33,825 bases of DNA from NCBI GenBank assembly GCA_012514045.1, contig JAAZBA010000059.1:1-33825 (forward strand), read 5' to 3'. Below the pieces are notes generated by a model, which worked only from the letters and a program-made list of their open reading frames with translations, was not told the DNA's origin and did not search any database. The translations under genes were made by a program, and so were the position numbers. The first letter of the stretch is position 1. Each line of letters opens with the position of its first letter. The DNA is from Clostridiales bacterium. Its GTDB lineage: Bacteria; Bacillota; Clostridia; Oscillospirales; QAMX01. Shown here one piece after another: positions 33,534-33,825 of this stretch.

Positions 33534-33825
33534 CTACTTCAGTACAAACGGACGAGGCCATTGGCATGATATAAGTTCTGTCACATAGCGCCAGCTTTCG
33601 CCGCCATCTGAAGACTTGAATACGAGTCCCATATCCTCCGCTCCACCGAATATATCTGTACAGGCCAAAAGGTCGCCTGGCGGAAGTTTTGTTATCGTCG
33701 GACTTCCTATAAACGAACCAGCGTAATCAAGAGCTGTATCCAGCGGGTGTATATAGTTTATAATCGTACTGGGCACAGCTCCAGTCCGTACAAGACGCTG
33801 TGTGCTCTCGCCATCCATACCCACG
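33534..33825 (-). CDS. C-terminal end of a BNR/Asp-box repeat protein (sialidase-like beta-propeller); 5' part outside the window
   Basis: The ORF is open to the window edge. It has the Asp-box SSDGGESW (S-x-D-x-G-x-x-W). The listed Met is a GTG at the very edge, so it is not a real start. Confidence 0.55.
   Translation of the reverse strand, partial: VGMDGESTQRLVRTGAVPSTIINYIHPLDTALDYAGSFIGSPTITKLPPGDLLACTDIFGGAEDMGLVFKSSDGGESWRYVTELISCQWPRPFVLK

Overview
This 33.8-kb window looks like a Clostridia-type Firmicute chromosome, judging by the FabK-type FASII operon, a lipoprotein solute-binding protein (SBP), an LplABC-like sugar importer and GGAGG ribosome-binding sites. It falls into three blocks. 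(1) nt 1-11750, + strand, is a housekeeping lipid block. It holds fabK (5'-partial)-fabD-fabG-fabF-accB-fabZ-accC-accD-accA, packed with overlapping stop/start codons. An AMP-forming acyl-CoA ligase follows 2 nt later, then a multi-PAS regulator with a SARP-type winged-helix output and a 4HBT hotdog thioesterase. The block ends at a bidirectional terminator. (2) nt 11780-31767 is an accessory glycan-type locus and the most interesting part. Its core is a 10.5-kb minus-strand operon built from only two protein families: two tandem Gfo/Idh/MocA oxidoreductase paralogs followed by five tandem, diverged ~530-aa paralogs of an uncharacterised ceramidase-like putative metallohydrolase. Next to it lie a membrane-spanning AraC-family one-component regulator, a divergent ABC importer with no ATPase gene (large lipoprotein SBP plus 2 permeases), a cytoplasmic clan GH-A (GH5-like) glycosidase and an orphan 356-aa protein. 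A 30-nt motif (25/30 identical) sits exactly 63 nt upstream of the -35 element of both catabolic promoters, and a weaker copy lies upstream of the regulator gene. This is a likely operator tying the locus into one regulon. (3) nt 31956-33825 holds an XRE repressor plus small membrane protein pair with direct repeats bracketing its promoter, an IS1182-like transposase remnant, and the 3' end of a BNR/Asp-box gene. I saw no rRNA, tRNA or CRISPR array. All family assignments come from motif recognition by eye, and no database search was possible.
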